A stretch of 26,231 nucleotides of DNA from a virus. Lineage: Duplodnaviria; Caudoviricetes. Both the position numbers and the translations under genes were made by a program. Below are positions 15,192 through 23,297 of the stretch, in pieces. The notes below the pieces were generated by a model. The model did no database searches, was not told the DNA's origin, and saw only the letters and a list, made by a program, of their open reading frames with translations. Each line of letters starts with the position of its first letter. The first letter of the stretch is position 1. Location: positions 1 through 26,231 of IMG/VR virus record IMGVR_UViG_3300012933_000298, one strand, 5' to 3'.

Positions 15192-15713
15192 ATGCAGACC
15201 ATTTACACCACCGACATCCTAGACAAGCCAGCCATTCACAGAAGCGGCGAGGATTTTGTTATCTATCAGCCGACCGCCCCATTCCTAGACTCGCATGGTC
15301 TAGTGGTTGCCCAGCTAATTCAATACACAGATGGCGAACTAGAAACCACCTCATACTATTCGCGAGGCTGGGCTTACTGGAACTTCTTAGACATCGAGGG
15401 TGACAACTTCGAGATTGCTAATGAAGCAATGGACACAGAGCGCTACCTATTCGGTGACATCGACATGACCATCTCATTTGCCAGTGAAACAGTCGAGCAG
15501 ATTGCCACCGACACAATCCCACACAGCAACCCATACTGGCAGATGCTAGTCCTTCGCCTCGCCTATGGTCAGATTACCAATGGCAAAGAGTTCAATGACA
15601 TCCTTGCCAACTCAAGCCACACCCCCGAGCAGATTCAGCGGATGCTAGACCTAGCCGCCGGTGCGATCCTGCAAGGAACAGAGTTGCGACTCACAGGACT
15701 CAAAACAATCTAG
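15192..15713 (+). CDS. Acidic hypothetical protein (moron)
   Basis: 173 aa with its own promoter, SD AAAGGGAG and terminator; opposite strand to the tail operon. Confidence 0.8.
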   Translation: MQTIYTTDILDKPAIHRSGEDFVIYQPTAPFLDSHGLVVAQLIQYTDGELETTSYYSRGWAYWNFLDIEGDNFEIANEAMDTERYLFGDIDMTISFASETVEQIATDTIPHSNPYWQMLVLRLAYGQITNGKEFNDILANSSHTPEQIQRMLDLAAGAILQGTELRLTGLKTI

Positions 15714-15717
15714 ACAG

Positions 15718-15754
15718 AAGAAAACCCCCCGAGATAATCAGGGGGTTTTCTTTT
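15718..15754. terminator. Bidirectional intrinsic terminator
   Basis: AAGAAAACCCCC / GGGGGTTTTCTT 12-bp inverted repeat between convergent genes. Confidence 0.88.
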
Positions 15755-16150
15755 AGCCTCTGGGCAGGTTACGGCTAACCAAGTATCTGCCCATTGTCCA
15801 AAGCATCCGCTCACTCTCCTGCATAAGCACTTGAGGGGCGATGCCTGTTTCACAAGCAAGGCTGGCGATAAACCAATGAGCAGAACTATCGCCAAGCCCG
15901 ACTATTTTGGGGAAGACTCAGGCCCTACCGAAGCGACATCCGCCAACCAAGCATCGAACTCTTTGCTGGTCAGTTTCTGTCGGCTCAGAGAAGTCCAGGC
16001 AAGCCAGACTAGGTGAGTGAACTTCATTTCAGACTCGAGCTTAGTAACACTCAAGTTGAACTTGTCCTCGAAAGCAACAAGATCAGGGGCGGTCGCAGAA
16101 ACTTCCTGCGACTCACCAGACACAAACTCAATGCGCAGGTTAATCTTCAT
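15753..16150 (-). CDS. Tail assembly chaperone, long form (gpGT) via programmed -1 frameshift
   Basis: Slippery C CCA AAA (15911-15905) just before the TAG. The -1 frame reads IVGLGDSSAHWFIASLACETGIAPQVLMQESERMLWTMGRYLVSRNLPRG and stops at the terminator. Confidence 0.8.
15902..16150 (-). CDS. Tail assembly chaperone, short form (gpG)
   Basis: 82 aa directly after the major tail gene, ending at the slippery site. Confidence 0.82.
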   Translation of the reverse strand: MKINLRIEFVSGESQEVSATAPDLVAFEDKFNLSVTKLESEMKFTHLVWLAWTSLSRQKLTSKEFDAWLADVASVGPESSPK

Positions 16151-16170
16151 GAGTTAGAGTCTAGCCCTGA

Positions 16171-16578
16171 TTAGGCAGTTGCGCGAGTTACAGTGCCAGA
16201 AGTTGGCCAAGTAACCGAAAGGGTTGCTAGGTCACCAACTGATGAAGCGAAAGGCTGGTATGAGTTGCACAGCGCAATTGCGGTGTAGCTCGGGTTGGTG
16301 CTGCTCACCGATGAGGAAGTCGGGGTGATGACAACAGTTGCCGCAGTGTTGAACAGTGGGAACAGGGTTGCATCAACCGCACCAGCACCGAAGTCCTGGT
16401 TGAAGTTTAGGGTGATTGAACCAGACTTCAGACCGCCAGTGACGGTGCGCCACTCTCCGCCGAAGGTGGTGGTGTCAACCTCATCAGCCGAAAGGCTTAG
16501 GTCAACAGAGGTAAGCGATGACGAAAGGTTAGTGCCATTGACAGTCACCTTGTAATCAGTAGCAACAAACTTTGCCAT
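16171..16578 (-). CDS. Major tail (tube) protein
   Basis: 135 aa, S/T-rich; DTTTFG...GLKSGSITL...VGDLAT.SVTWP pattern; SD AGGAG. Confidence 0.82.
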   Translation of the reverse strand: MAKFVATDYKVTVNGTNLSSSLTSVDLSLSADEVDTTTFGGEWRTVTGGLKSGSITLNFNQDFGAGAVDATLFPLFNTAATVVITPTSSSVSSTNPSYTAIALCNSYQPFASSVGDLATLSVTWPTSGTVTRATA

Positions 16579-16592
16579 TGTATTTCTCCTAG

Positions 16593-17009
16593 TTAGTTAG
16601 CCTGGACAACTAAGTCAAACTCAGCAGCCAAGTAGGTATTTTCCGCTATGGTAATTGATCCATAGTTTCTCATGCCGGTCACTGTGCAGTCATAAGCATT
16701 TCCGCTCAGTGTCCTATCTGATTCTACCGCAACCTTGATAGATGCCGACCCTGTTGGGGAACAGTAAGCATCTAGGCTTGCTTGCGAAGTGCGCTCAGAT
16801 ACGCGCCCAACAACCACAGTGACTGTGAAGTTGTAAGTATTTAGACCGCCAGTAGAGAAGCTCTTGTGATAGTCAACAGTGCTTGGGGCAATGATGGCAT
16901 AAGGCGGATTCACATTGTCAGGAATAAAGCCGGTGCTTGAGGTGCGAAGCCCTGAGATAGTTCCGAGGTTGGTTGCTATCCCTGTGCGAAGTGAAGCAAT
17001 CGAAGCCAT
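16593..17009 (-). CDS. Tail terminator / completion protein
   Basis: Position before the tail tube; SIKVAVESDRTLSG motif. Confidence 0.65.
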   Translation of the reverse strand: MASIASLRTGIATNLGTISGLRTSSTGFIPDNVNPPYAIIAPSTVDYHKSFSTGGLNTYNFTVTVVVGRVSERTSQASLDAYCSPTGSASIKVAVESDRTLSGNAYDCTVTGMRNYGSITIAENTYLAAEFDLVVQAN

Positions 17010-17611
17010 TAGGCAAACTTCACAATCTTGTATGGGTCAACCAACTGGGCAACATCTGGGTCTAGCTTTGAGCCGACTCGCATGAAGCCGAGGTCTGGGC
17101 TGGATAAGACACCAAGCGGTGAGTCTAGGCGCTTGAAGATTCGGCTTGCCTGAATGATACAGGCTTGCTTGATGGCGATAGGGATGGCAGCCCAACCCCA
17201 AACACCAGTGACCTTGACTAAGCCCTCGCCATTTAGGAAAGGGAAGGTGTAGTCCTGGATTGCTCGCAGACCATTGTAAGGAACAGCCAACCCATCAACT
17301 CGGCCATTCAAAGGCAGAAGCTCATAATCGGTGGTTGCCCAAATGGTGTCATAAGAACCATCTGCTGAGAAGTCGGTGGCAACTTCGGTGATGCTGGTCG
17401 CATCATCAATCTGGCAAACAAAGTCATTGTCGGCTGCGAAGTAGCGAGCGGTCGCTGATCCTTGGGTGTAGAAAGAGCGCGCGGTGTAAGCATCTAGAAG
17501 GCGGCTGGCGGATTCAATAGCCATCTCAAGCAGTGAGTCATCAATGGTGTCAGTGATGCGCAGGGCAGCCTTTACCTCTGCAAGGGTTGAGTAACCATTT
17601 GTAATCGCCAT
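17009..17611 (-). CDS. Head-tail connector (gp6/gp15-like adaptor)
   Basis: YSTLAEVKAALRI.D..DD.LL...IESASR..D...R and WGW.AIP..IKQAC motifs. Confidence 0.82.
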   Translation of the reverse strand: MAITNGYSTLAEVKAALRITDTIDDSLLEMAIESASRLLDAYTARSFYTQGSATARYFAADNDFVCQIDDATSITEVATDFSADGSYDTIWATTDYELLPLNGRVDGLAVPYNGLRAIQDYTFPFLNGEGLVKVTGVWGWAAIPIAIKQACIIQASRIFKRLDSPLGVLSSPDLGFMRVGSKLDPDVAQLVDPYKIVKFA

Positions 17612-17628
17612 GCTTCTATTCTATCGCT
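17607..17628 (-). repeat. Leaderless promoter repeat, copy 2 (AGCGATAGAATAGAAGCATGGC)
   Basis: Matches 15077-15098; its TAG is also the stop codon of the upstream gene. Confidence 0.75.
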
Positions 17629-18055
17629 TGGCTAGTCTTGCCTTTATCTCGGTGCTAGAGATGCCAGCGGTGTAAGGAATATAAACAAGCCCGATGCCGC
17701 GCTCATCCAACCAGTCTTGGTCAAAGCCCATCTGGGTGTAGTAGTCGCGCCTTGCCCAGTCCGAACCAATCACAATCAGATCAGGCTTGACATACTCAAT
17801 GGCTGGCTTGCTATCTGCGCCACCGACATTAGGGATAACCTCATCAACCCATTTCAAGTGCATCAGTGCGGCAGCTCGCTCGGCATAATTCATGACTAGC
17901 CCCTTGCCCTTATAGGCGAGGATAAACTCATCAGTATTTAGAGCAACAGTTACCTTGCCATCTGGCCCTGCCAGTTCTCGGCACTTCTTCAGGAAGTCAC
18001 CATGCGCCCAGTGGAGGAGGTCAAAAGAACCGCCAGTATACACAGTTAATCCCAT
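17621..18055 (-). CDS. Cytidylyltransferase (TagD-like, HxGH family)
   Basis: YTGGSFDLLHWAH, ALNTDEF, ER, VIGSDW and YTAGISST motifs. Confidence 0.88.
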   Translation of the reverse strand: MGLTVYTGGSFDLLHWAHGDFLKKCRELAGPDGKVTVALNTDEFILAYKGKGLVMNYAERAAALMHLKWVDEVIPNVGGADSKPAIEYVKPDLIVIGSDWARRDYYTQMGFDQDWLDERGIGLVYIPYTAGISSTEIKARLAKR

Positions 18056-18699
18056 CGGTTTGCCCTTCTAGTCTTGAGAGTCCAGCCGCCTTGACTGAAA
18101 TCACCTTCGGCTTGCTTGTCATCGAACAGGCGCATATTCGCCCCGAAACTGCGATGGTTCATTTCCTGATAACCGCTGTTTAGGGTTGAGCTGTTGTCAT
18201 GATGAACAACCGCATCAATGGTTTTGATAGGCACACCATGGTGGCGCACTCGGCGCTCAAGGTCATTGTCATCATAGTAAAGCGGATAAAAGCGCTCATC
18301 ATAAAGCCCCACCTTGTCCACCATGCCCTCACCGAAAACAACCGCAGACCAGGCGGTGTTGATCTGCAGGAAGTTCAGAGCCTGAGTGTCCACCTCGGCG
18401 GCAATCTTCTCCAAAGCACCAGCCTCAAAATAGGCATCATCATTCACCAGAAGCCAGTAGGGGGCATAAGGGGTTGCCTTGATAATCAGATTCCAAGCGC
18501 CGACCAAACCCAGCCCAAAGGGCATCCTGAGAGTCCACAGGTGTTTAACAGAATCGGGCTTCTTAGGGGTGTAGCCGACCGAGCCAAGACCCGAGTTGTC
18601 AATGATGACCAGATGCTCGACAGGGTAATCAATCGAAGCAAGCAAGCGGTCAGCAAGGTCAAACCGCTTCAAGGTGCAGAAGCCGAGAACAGGAATCAT
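18046..18699 (-). CDS. Glycosyltransferase family 2
   Basis: VIIDN, AWN, LVNDD and GLYDERFYPLYYDDND motifs. Confidence 0.85.
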   Translation of the reverse strand: MIPVLGFCTLKRFDLADRLLASIDYPVEHLVIIDNSGLGSVGYTPKKPDSVKHLWTLRMPFGLGLVGAWNLIIKATPYAPYWLLVNDDAYFEAGALEKIAAEVDTQALNFLQINTAWSAVVFGEGMVDKVGLYDERFYPLYYDDNDLERRVRHHGVPIKTIDAVVHHDNSSTLNSGYQEMNHRSFGANMRLFDDKQAEGDFSQGGWTLKTRRANRWD

Positions 18700-19883
18700 T
18701 TGTTTAGCAAGCGACCGATAACCGGAAGCCAGTGCTTCTGCCAGACAGTTTCGACATCGAACTGTTTAGCGAAATCAACCGCAACCTGGCTAGTGCCTCG
18801 CTCGGCTTGGTAAGCCTCCTCAAGCGCATTGACAATCGAAGGAACTAGGGGAACTTGCCAGATAGCATTTTGCCCAGCATCCCACATAGGCTGCCCCTCA
18901 ACCATCCAAGAATCCTCACCCAGAAGGTCAGGGGTTGCACCCCAGCTAGAACCAATCACCCGAGTGCCACAAGCCTGAGCCTCGATGGTAGGGATACCAA
19001 AGCCCTCACCATAGGAAGGCGCAAGTAAGACATCCATCGCGCTGTAAAGACCAGCCAAGGTTTGCTGGCTCATGCCATAGCGGTAATCCACAAAAGGCGG
19101 AAACATGACAGCCTCTTTAGGAATCCCAAAAGCCTGAAGCATAGGAATCAACTGCCAACCGCCCTGAGTTCCCAGCGGATCGGTGTGCATATACAAGACA
19201 GCATCAGGGTGCTTCTGGCGGAAGATAGAGAAAGCCAGCAAGTTCTCGCTGAAAGCCTTGCGGTGAATCAACCCCGAAGCCTTATTAGCCGAAACCATCC
19301 CCACAACAAACTCATCCTTCAAGCCCATATAGTCGCGAGCAGGTTGCCCCTCAATGGTTGCAGTCGGCTTGTAAATCTTGGTGTCAATGCCATGAGGAAC
19401 ATACTCGCACTCAATGCCCTTAGCTTCCATCTGGCGAACACCATTCGGGGCCATAGCAATCGGGGTGACATGGCTCTGCCTTAGAAAAGCCTCAACCTTT
19501 GGAGGCATAGAAACATGGTCAAGCGGAGTCCACCAACCCATATTGATTTTCTCCCACTGCTTACCCTGAATCACCCAGCAGTCATAAAGACCGATAAGGG
19601 CATCAGGCAAGTTAGGGTGCTGGGCTTTGAAATGAGCATGGTGCATAGGGCCGACATCATTCGAGTAGGCTTCAGAACCGCGAGGGTAATGAGGGATGCT
19701 ACCGAACTTAGTCTGATAGGTGCTTAGGTTACCCTCAAGCCCATAGTTGGAAAGAGCCGCCACCTTAGCGCCATCGCGCTTCAAGCGGTCAACAAGGTAA
19801 CCAGCTTGTTGCCCATAACCTGTCGGCTGATCAGGCGAGTTAGACCAGACAGAAATAACACCATTGATTTTTGCTTTGCTCAT
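18696..19883 (-). CDS. Glycosyltransferase family 4 (GT-B)
   Basis: TGYG, VPHGID and PSYGEGFGIPTIEAQACG (EX7E) motifs. Confidence 0.9.
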   Translation of the reverse strand: MSKAKINGVISVWSNSPDQPTGYGQQAGYLVDRLKRDGAKVAALSNYGLEGNLSTYQTKFGSIPHYPRGSEAYSNDVGPMHHAHFKAQHPNLPDALIGLYDCWVIQGKQWEKINMGWWTPLDHVSMPPKVEAFLRQSHVTPIAMAPNGVRQMEAKGIECEYVPHGIDTKIYKPTATIEGQPARDYMGLKDEFVVGMVSANKASGLIHRKAFSENLLAFSIFRQKHPDAVLYMHTDPLGTQGGWQLIPMLQAFGIPKEAVMFPPFVDYRYGMSQQTLAGLYSAMDVLLAPSYGEGFGIPTIEAQACGTRVIGSSWGATPDLLGEDSWMVEGQPMWDAGQNAIWQVPLVPSIVNALEEAYQAERGTSQVAVDFAKQFDVETVWQKHWLPVIGRLLNK

Positions 19884-19924
19884 TTATTCCCTTTCATCCC
19901 TTACACTCTAGCAAAGTATCAGGG

Positions 19925-19967
19925 TAAGAGGAAACCCCCCGATGCCTACGCACACCGAGGGGCTTCC
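19925..19967 (-). terminator. Intrinsic terminator after the major capsid gene
   Basis: Minus-strand GGAAGCCCC...GGGGTTTCC stem with G-U pairs, followed by TCTT. Confidence 0.7.
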
Positions 19968-19990
19968 AGTCATACCCGAGGGTTGGCTTC

Positions 19991-21142
19991 TTACGAAGCG
20001 CCGCCCTTGAAATACTTGATTGATGAGGCATGGGTTAGGCCACCATCGATGCGAGTCAGACCGCGGTAGTAAACCGAGTCAGTGTTGAAGCCATATTCTG
20101 ATGACTGGTCAACACGGATTCCACCTGCGACTCGAACCTTAAATGCACTTAGATCACCAAAAACAATGCTCTTTGCGCCAGTAGCGACAGCAGCCAAGTT
20201 TGGGTTCTCGAAGGTGCGGTAACCAAGAAGGGTAGCAGCCTGACCAGGAACAGCAGAGTCAGTCCAGATATAGTTTCCAGCGCCATCCTTCATCTTACGA
20301 GCCGCAGCGATTGCGGTGGTAGACATCTGGAAACCAGCTGAAGGAAGCAGACGAAGTGAACCATCGATTGAATAAACAAGGTCGATTAGGTTCTCATAGG
20401 TTGCAGCGCCTGATACACCAGTGCCACCAGTTACAGCTGAACCAGCAGCAGCAACTAGGTTAGTGGTTAGAGCAGAGTTGGTCTGTAGACCGATTGCGCG
20501 ACCGAGTTCGCCGGCAATATAGTCTGAAATGTTGAAACCTGCATCGCTGACAAGCTCCTGAGCGATTTGCACCATCGCCCCGTACTTGTAAGCTGACAAG
20601 GTGAGGCTGGCAAATGTCGGGTTACTTTCGGTAATCGCTGAACCTGCTGCAACTGAACCTGCTGATGAAATGGCTGTTACTGTCGGGATTACAAGGTTCT
20701 CACCGCTGGCGGTGTTGAATACCTCAGAGGTCGAAAGCATAGGCCCGATTAGGGAAGCCACCTCGAACACTCTGTTGTAAAAACTCGCGCCCACAGTGTT
20801 CGAGCTAGGAACTAGCGCGGCACGGGTTTCGCGGTTGAACTCATGTCCGCGAACTTCACCGCGAGCGATTGCGCGAAGCAAGTCTGCATCGGTTGAGGTT
20901 GCAGCGGTTGCAGGTGCGAATGAAGCAGCAGCCTCAGTTGCCTGAGATGCGCGCTCTTCGATGCGCTGTGCGGTTGCGATTGAAGCATCGCGCTGTGCGA
21001 TGTCTGCCTCTAGGCGCTCAATCTTCTGGATTTCTTCGGCTGATAGTCCGCGCTTCTCGCCATCCGCAAAGTCAATAACTTCGCGCATCTGGGCAACAAG
21101 GTTTGAGCGAACTTCTGCCTGGTTCTTGATGAACTCTGACAT
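19991..21142 (-). CDS. Major capsid protein, HK97 family, with an N-terminal coiled-coil (delta-like) domain
   Basis: 383 aa; ITESNPTF...YKYG...ELVSD...MKDGAGNYIW...FGDLS...RIDG motifs. Confidence 0.95.
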   Translation of the reverse strand: MSEFIKNQAEVRSNLVAQMREVIDFADGEKRGLSAEEIQKIERLEADIAQRDASIATAQRIEERASQATEAAASFAPATAATSTDADLLRAIARGEVRGHEFNRETRAALVPSSNTVGASFYNRVFEVASLIGPMLSTSEVFNTASGENLVIPTVTAISSAGSVAAGSAITESNPTFASLTLSAYKYGAMVQIAQELVSDAGFNISDYIAGELGRAIGLQTNSALTTNLVAAAGSAVTGGTGVSGAATYENLIDLVYSIDGSLRLLPSAGFQMSTTAIAAARKMKDGAGNYIWTDSAVPGQAATLLGYRTFENPNLAAVATGAKSIVFGDLSAFKVRVAGGIRVDQSSEYGFNTDSVYYRGLTRIDGGLTHASSIKYFKGGAS

Positions 21143-21178
21143 AGTTGTTTCCTTTGTTAAATTGATTTAGGGGATTCT

Positions 21179-21220
21179 GCCGAGGAACTCTGAACAGACA
21201 CAGGCCGAGGAACTCAGAAC
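21179..21220 (-). repeat. Tandem 17-nt repeat in the capsid mRNA leader
   Basis: GCCGAGGAACTCTGAAC (21179-21195) and GCCGAGGAACTCAGAAC (21204-21220); TAGAAT -10 at 21234-21229. Confidence 0.85.
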
Positions 21221-21261
21221 CTAGTTATATTCTACAAGGTTGCTACACAGTCGCTTAAGGT

Positions 21262-21303
21262 AAAGGAAAACCCCCCGAGCGAAAGGGAAAAACTCTCGGG
21301 GGG
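21262..21303 (-). terminator. Intrinsic terminator between the protease operon and capsid
   Basis: CCCCCCGAG / CTCGGGGGG 9-bp stem, 15-nt loop, followed by TTTTCCTTT on the minus strand. Confidence 0.8.
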
Positions 21304-21321
21304 CGAACTCGCAAATAGGGG

Positions 21322-21477
21322 TTAGCGAGTTTCCTTCACAGCAGTAATGCGCACTTCTTTGGGCGCACTGCTGGAGTTTAGTAGGTCAATCAGTTCCTTG
21401 ACAGCGCCCACTTCTGGATCGCCAGCAACTTCCTTGATGACTTCGATTGCGGTTTTGATATCTGCTGGGGTAGCCAT
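21322..21477 (-). CDS. Small protein, 51 aa (MATPADIKTAIEVIKEVAGDPEVGAVKELIDLLNSSSAPKEVRITAVKETR)
   Basis: Manual translation. TAATG coupling to the protease stop; ends before the terminator. Confidence 0.75.
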   Translation of the reverse strand: MATPADIKTAIEVIKEVAGDPEVGAVKELIDLLNSSSAPKEVRITAVKETR

Positions 21478-23033
21478 TAGTTTCCAATCTCGGCAAGCGC
21501 GAGCTTTGCCTTATAGAGAGCAGTGATGTCACCTTCGGTTTCTTTAACTTCTGGCTCTTCTGTCTTAGTTAGTTTACCAATAACCGCACCGATTAGTGCG
21601 CCCTGCTCTGGGTCTAGTTCTTCGCCTGACTCAATCTTCAGCAAGGCTTCAGCAAGTAGGTCGGCTGAGATGGTGTCTACTGCTCGGACTGCGATAGTGC
21701 CAGAGGTTTGCTCATATGCTGGGGTGGACACAATGCTTGCCTCGAAAAGGTCAACATCTTCTAAGTAGCGAGTGCCACCATCCTGTGACCAAGAGTCCTT
21801 CTTGACTGCGAATCCAAAAGACATTGCATCGATTGTGCCAATTTTGATGAGAGTCGCAATATCGCGCCCGAGATTTGTGTCAGGCAAGGTCGCGGTGACT
21901 CGCAGGCCAATCTCATCTTCAACCATCTGAAGCGAACCATTGCGAGTTGAGGCTAGAGGGTTTGAGGTGTCATGATTCCACAGAAGCATCATGCGAGAGC
22001 GCGACTGAAGTGAGCGCTTGAAAGCACCAGGCTTGACAATCTCAGTGAAAGGTAGTGGGAGGCTTGGCTGACCAAAGACTGCCGCATAACCGGTGAAGGT
22101 GCGACCATCGCCCTCAGCTCGCAACTCGACATGGTTAGTGCGAACCTCGCGACCGCCAATAGCGCGACCCTCAACAGTGCCTTCAAGTTTTGCCTTGATT
22201 GAATAGGCAACCTTAAGCCACTTAGCGCGAGCCTCATCCATTACTAGATCAGTCATAGTGCCTCTCTCTTCTTCCCTAATTCTAGCAACAACCGATTCAG
22301 CAAATGCTAGGGTGCGCTCTGCTGCTCGCTTCGATGGCCCTGAACCCCAAAGCAAATGGGCAACAACACCAGGCGAAGGGTAGTTCTCAGAAGAAGGGTC
22401 AGCATCTGGGCTGTCAAGGTCTACAAGGTGGCGAGCAATCCAAGCGGCAATGCGAACCCACTTGTCATCGCTAATCTCACCCTCAGCCATCGCTCGGGCT
22501 TCGCTGATAGTGCGCTCAACAACACCATCACCAGCAAGTCCCTCAGCATAGTATTCAAGTCCGCGCCGAGCTGCTGCTCGCATATAAGCCGGTGCGCCCT
22601 CATTGATTGCGCGAACCTGCTCAAGGATTGGCTCAGGCTGGTCGGTTTCGATTTCCTCGAACTTCTCAGCAATCATCTCAGGGCGAGCAATCTTCTCGAG
22701 CTTCAAGACATTCATGATAAGGAACTTATCGGTGGCAGTGAAAATGCCATCCTCTTCCTCATACAGTTTTAGAACAGCCATCTGCCCCTTGGTCATCTCG
22801 ACCTCTGCAAGAATCTCAGGGTCAAAGACATTCCAAGAAACATAATCACCAGGCTGGAGGGAATCTACCGCAGCGCGCTCGCCAACAAACTCCTCATCGG
22901 TGTTGATGCTCACCGCAACAGCCTGATCAATCGCTGACTGTTTGGTGTCATGGCAACCTAGCACAGCGCCAGCCTCATCCTCAACAGCCCAACCTGAACA
23001 GTCTGGATTTTCTTTGGTAATGAAATATGGCAT
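21477..23033 (-). CDS. HK97-type prohead protease with a long multi-domain N-terminal extension
   Basis: C-terminal FTGYAAVF...E.VKPGAF...LWNHD...MSFGF...LFEASIVSTPAY motifs; about 300 extra N-terminal residues. Confidence 0.9.
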   Translation of the reverse strand: MPYFITKENPDCSGWAVEDEAGAVLGCHDTKQSAIDQAVAVSINTDEEFVGERAAVDSLQPGDYVSWNVFDPEILAEVEMTKGQMAVLKLYEEEDGIFTATDKFLIMNVLKLEKIARPEMIAEKFEEIETDQPEPILEQVRAINEGAPAYMRAAARRGLEYYAEGLAGDGVVERTISEARAMAEGEISDDKWVRIAAWIARHLVDLDSPDADPSSENYPSPGVVAHLLWGSGPSKRAAERTLAFAESVVARIREEERGTMTDLVMDEARAKWLKVAYSIKAKLEGTVEGRAIGGREVRTNHVELRAEGDGRTFTGYAAVFGQPSLPLPFTEIVKPGAFKRSLQSRSRMMLLWNHDTSNPLASTRNGSLQMVEDEIGLRVTATLPDTNLGRDIATLIKIGTIDAMSFGFAVKKDSWSQDGGTRYLEDVDLFEASIVSTPAYEQTSGTIAVRAVDTISADLLAEALLKIESGEELDPEQGALIGAVIGKLTKTEEPEVKETEGDITALYKAKLALAEIGN

Positions 23034-23297
23034 TTAGTTATCCCATCTGAGCCAAGATACGGCATGGTTTTCTGTGTCGGAAACAATCCAAAGGCTTTGC
23101 AAAGGTGGCACAAGGATTTGCACAGTTTGACCTGCGCTGAGTTTCATGCCATTGGCGAGAGTCACATTCGGGCCACCAATCAGCAACTTGGTTGTATTGC
23201 TGTCATTCTGAATAATCAGATTCTGGTAGTTGTTACTAAGCCCATCAATTTGCTGGGCGGTAGTGCCGACAGTCATCTGCCCCGAAGTGATAGCCAT
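23034..23297 (-). CDS. Small beta-rich hypothetical virion protein
   Basis: 87 aa, coupled to portal (TAATG) and abutting the protease gene. Confidence 0.7.
   Translation of the reverse strand: MAITSGQMTVGTTAQQIDGLSNNYQNLIIQNDSNTTKLLIGGPNVTLANGMKLSAGQTVQILVPPLQSLWIVSDTENHAVSWLRWDN

Noticed and set aside
15730-15740. Trans target for the 11-nt loop of the bidirectional terminator
   Set aside because: By eye I found only weak or coding-region matches; no convincing target.
15710-15895. 61-aa minus-strand ORF from the track
   Set aside because: Crosses the terminator; the real coding frame is the -1 extension of the tail chaperone.
21179-21220. Mini-CRISPR interpretation of the tandem repeat
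   Set aside because: Only two 17-nt copies with an 8-nt spacer, and no cas genes.
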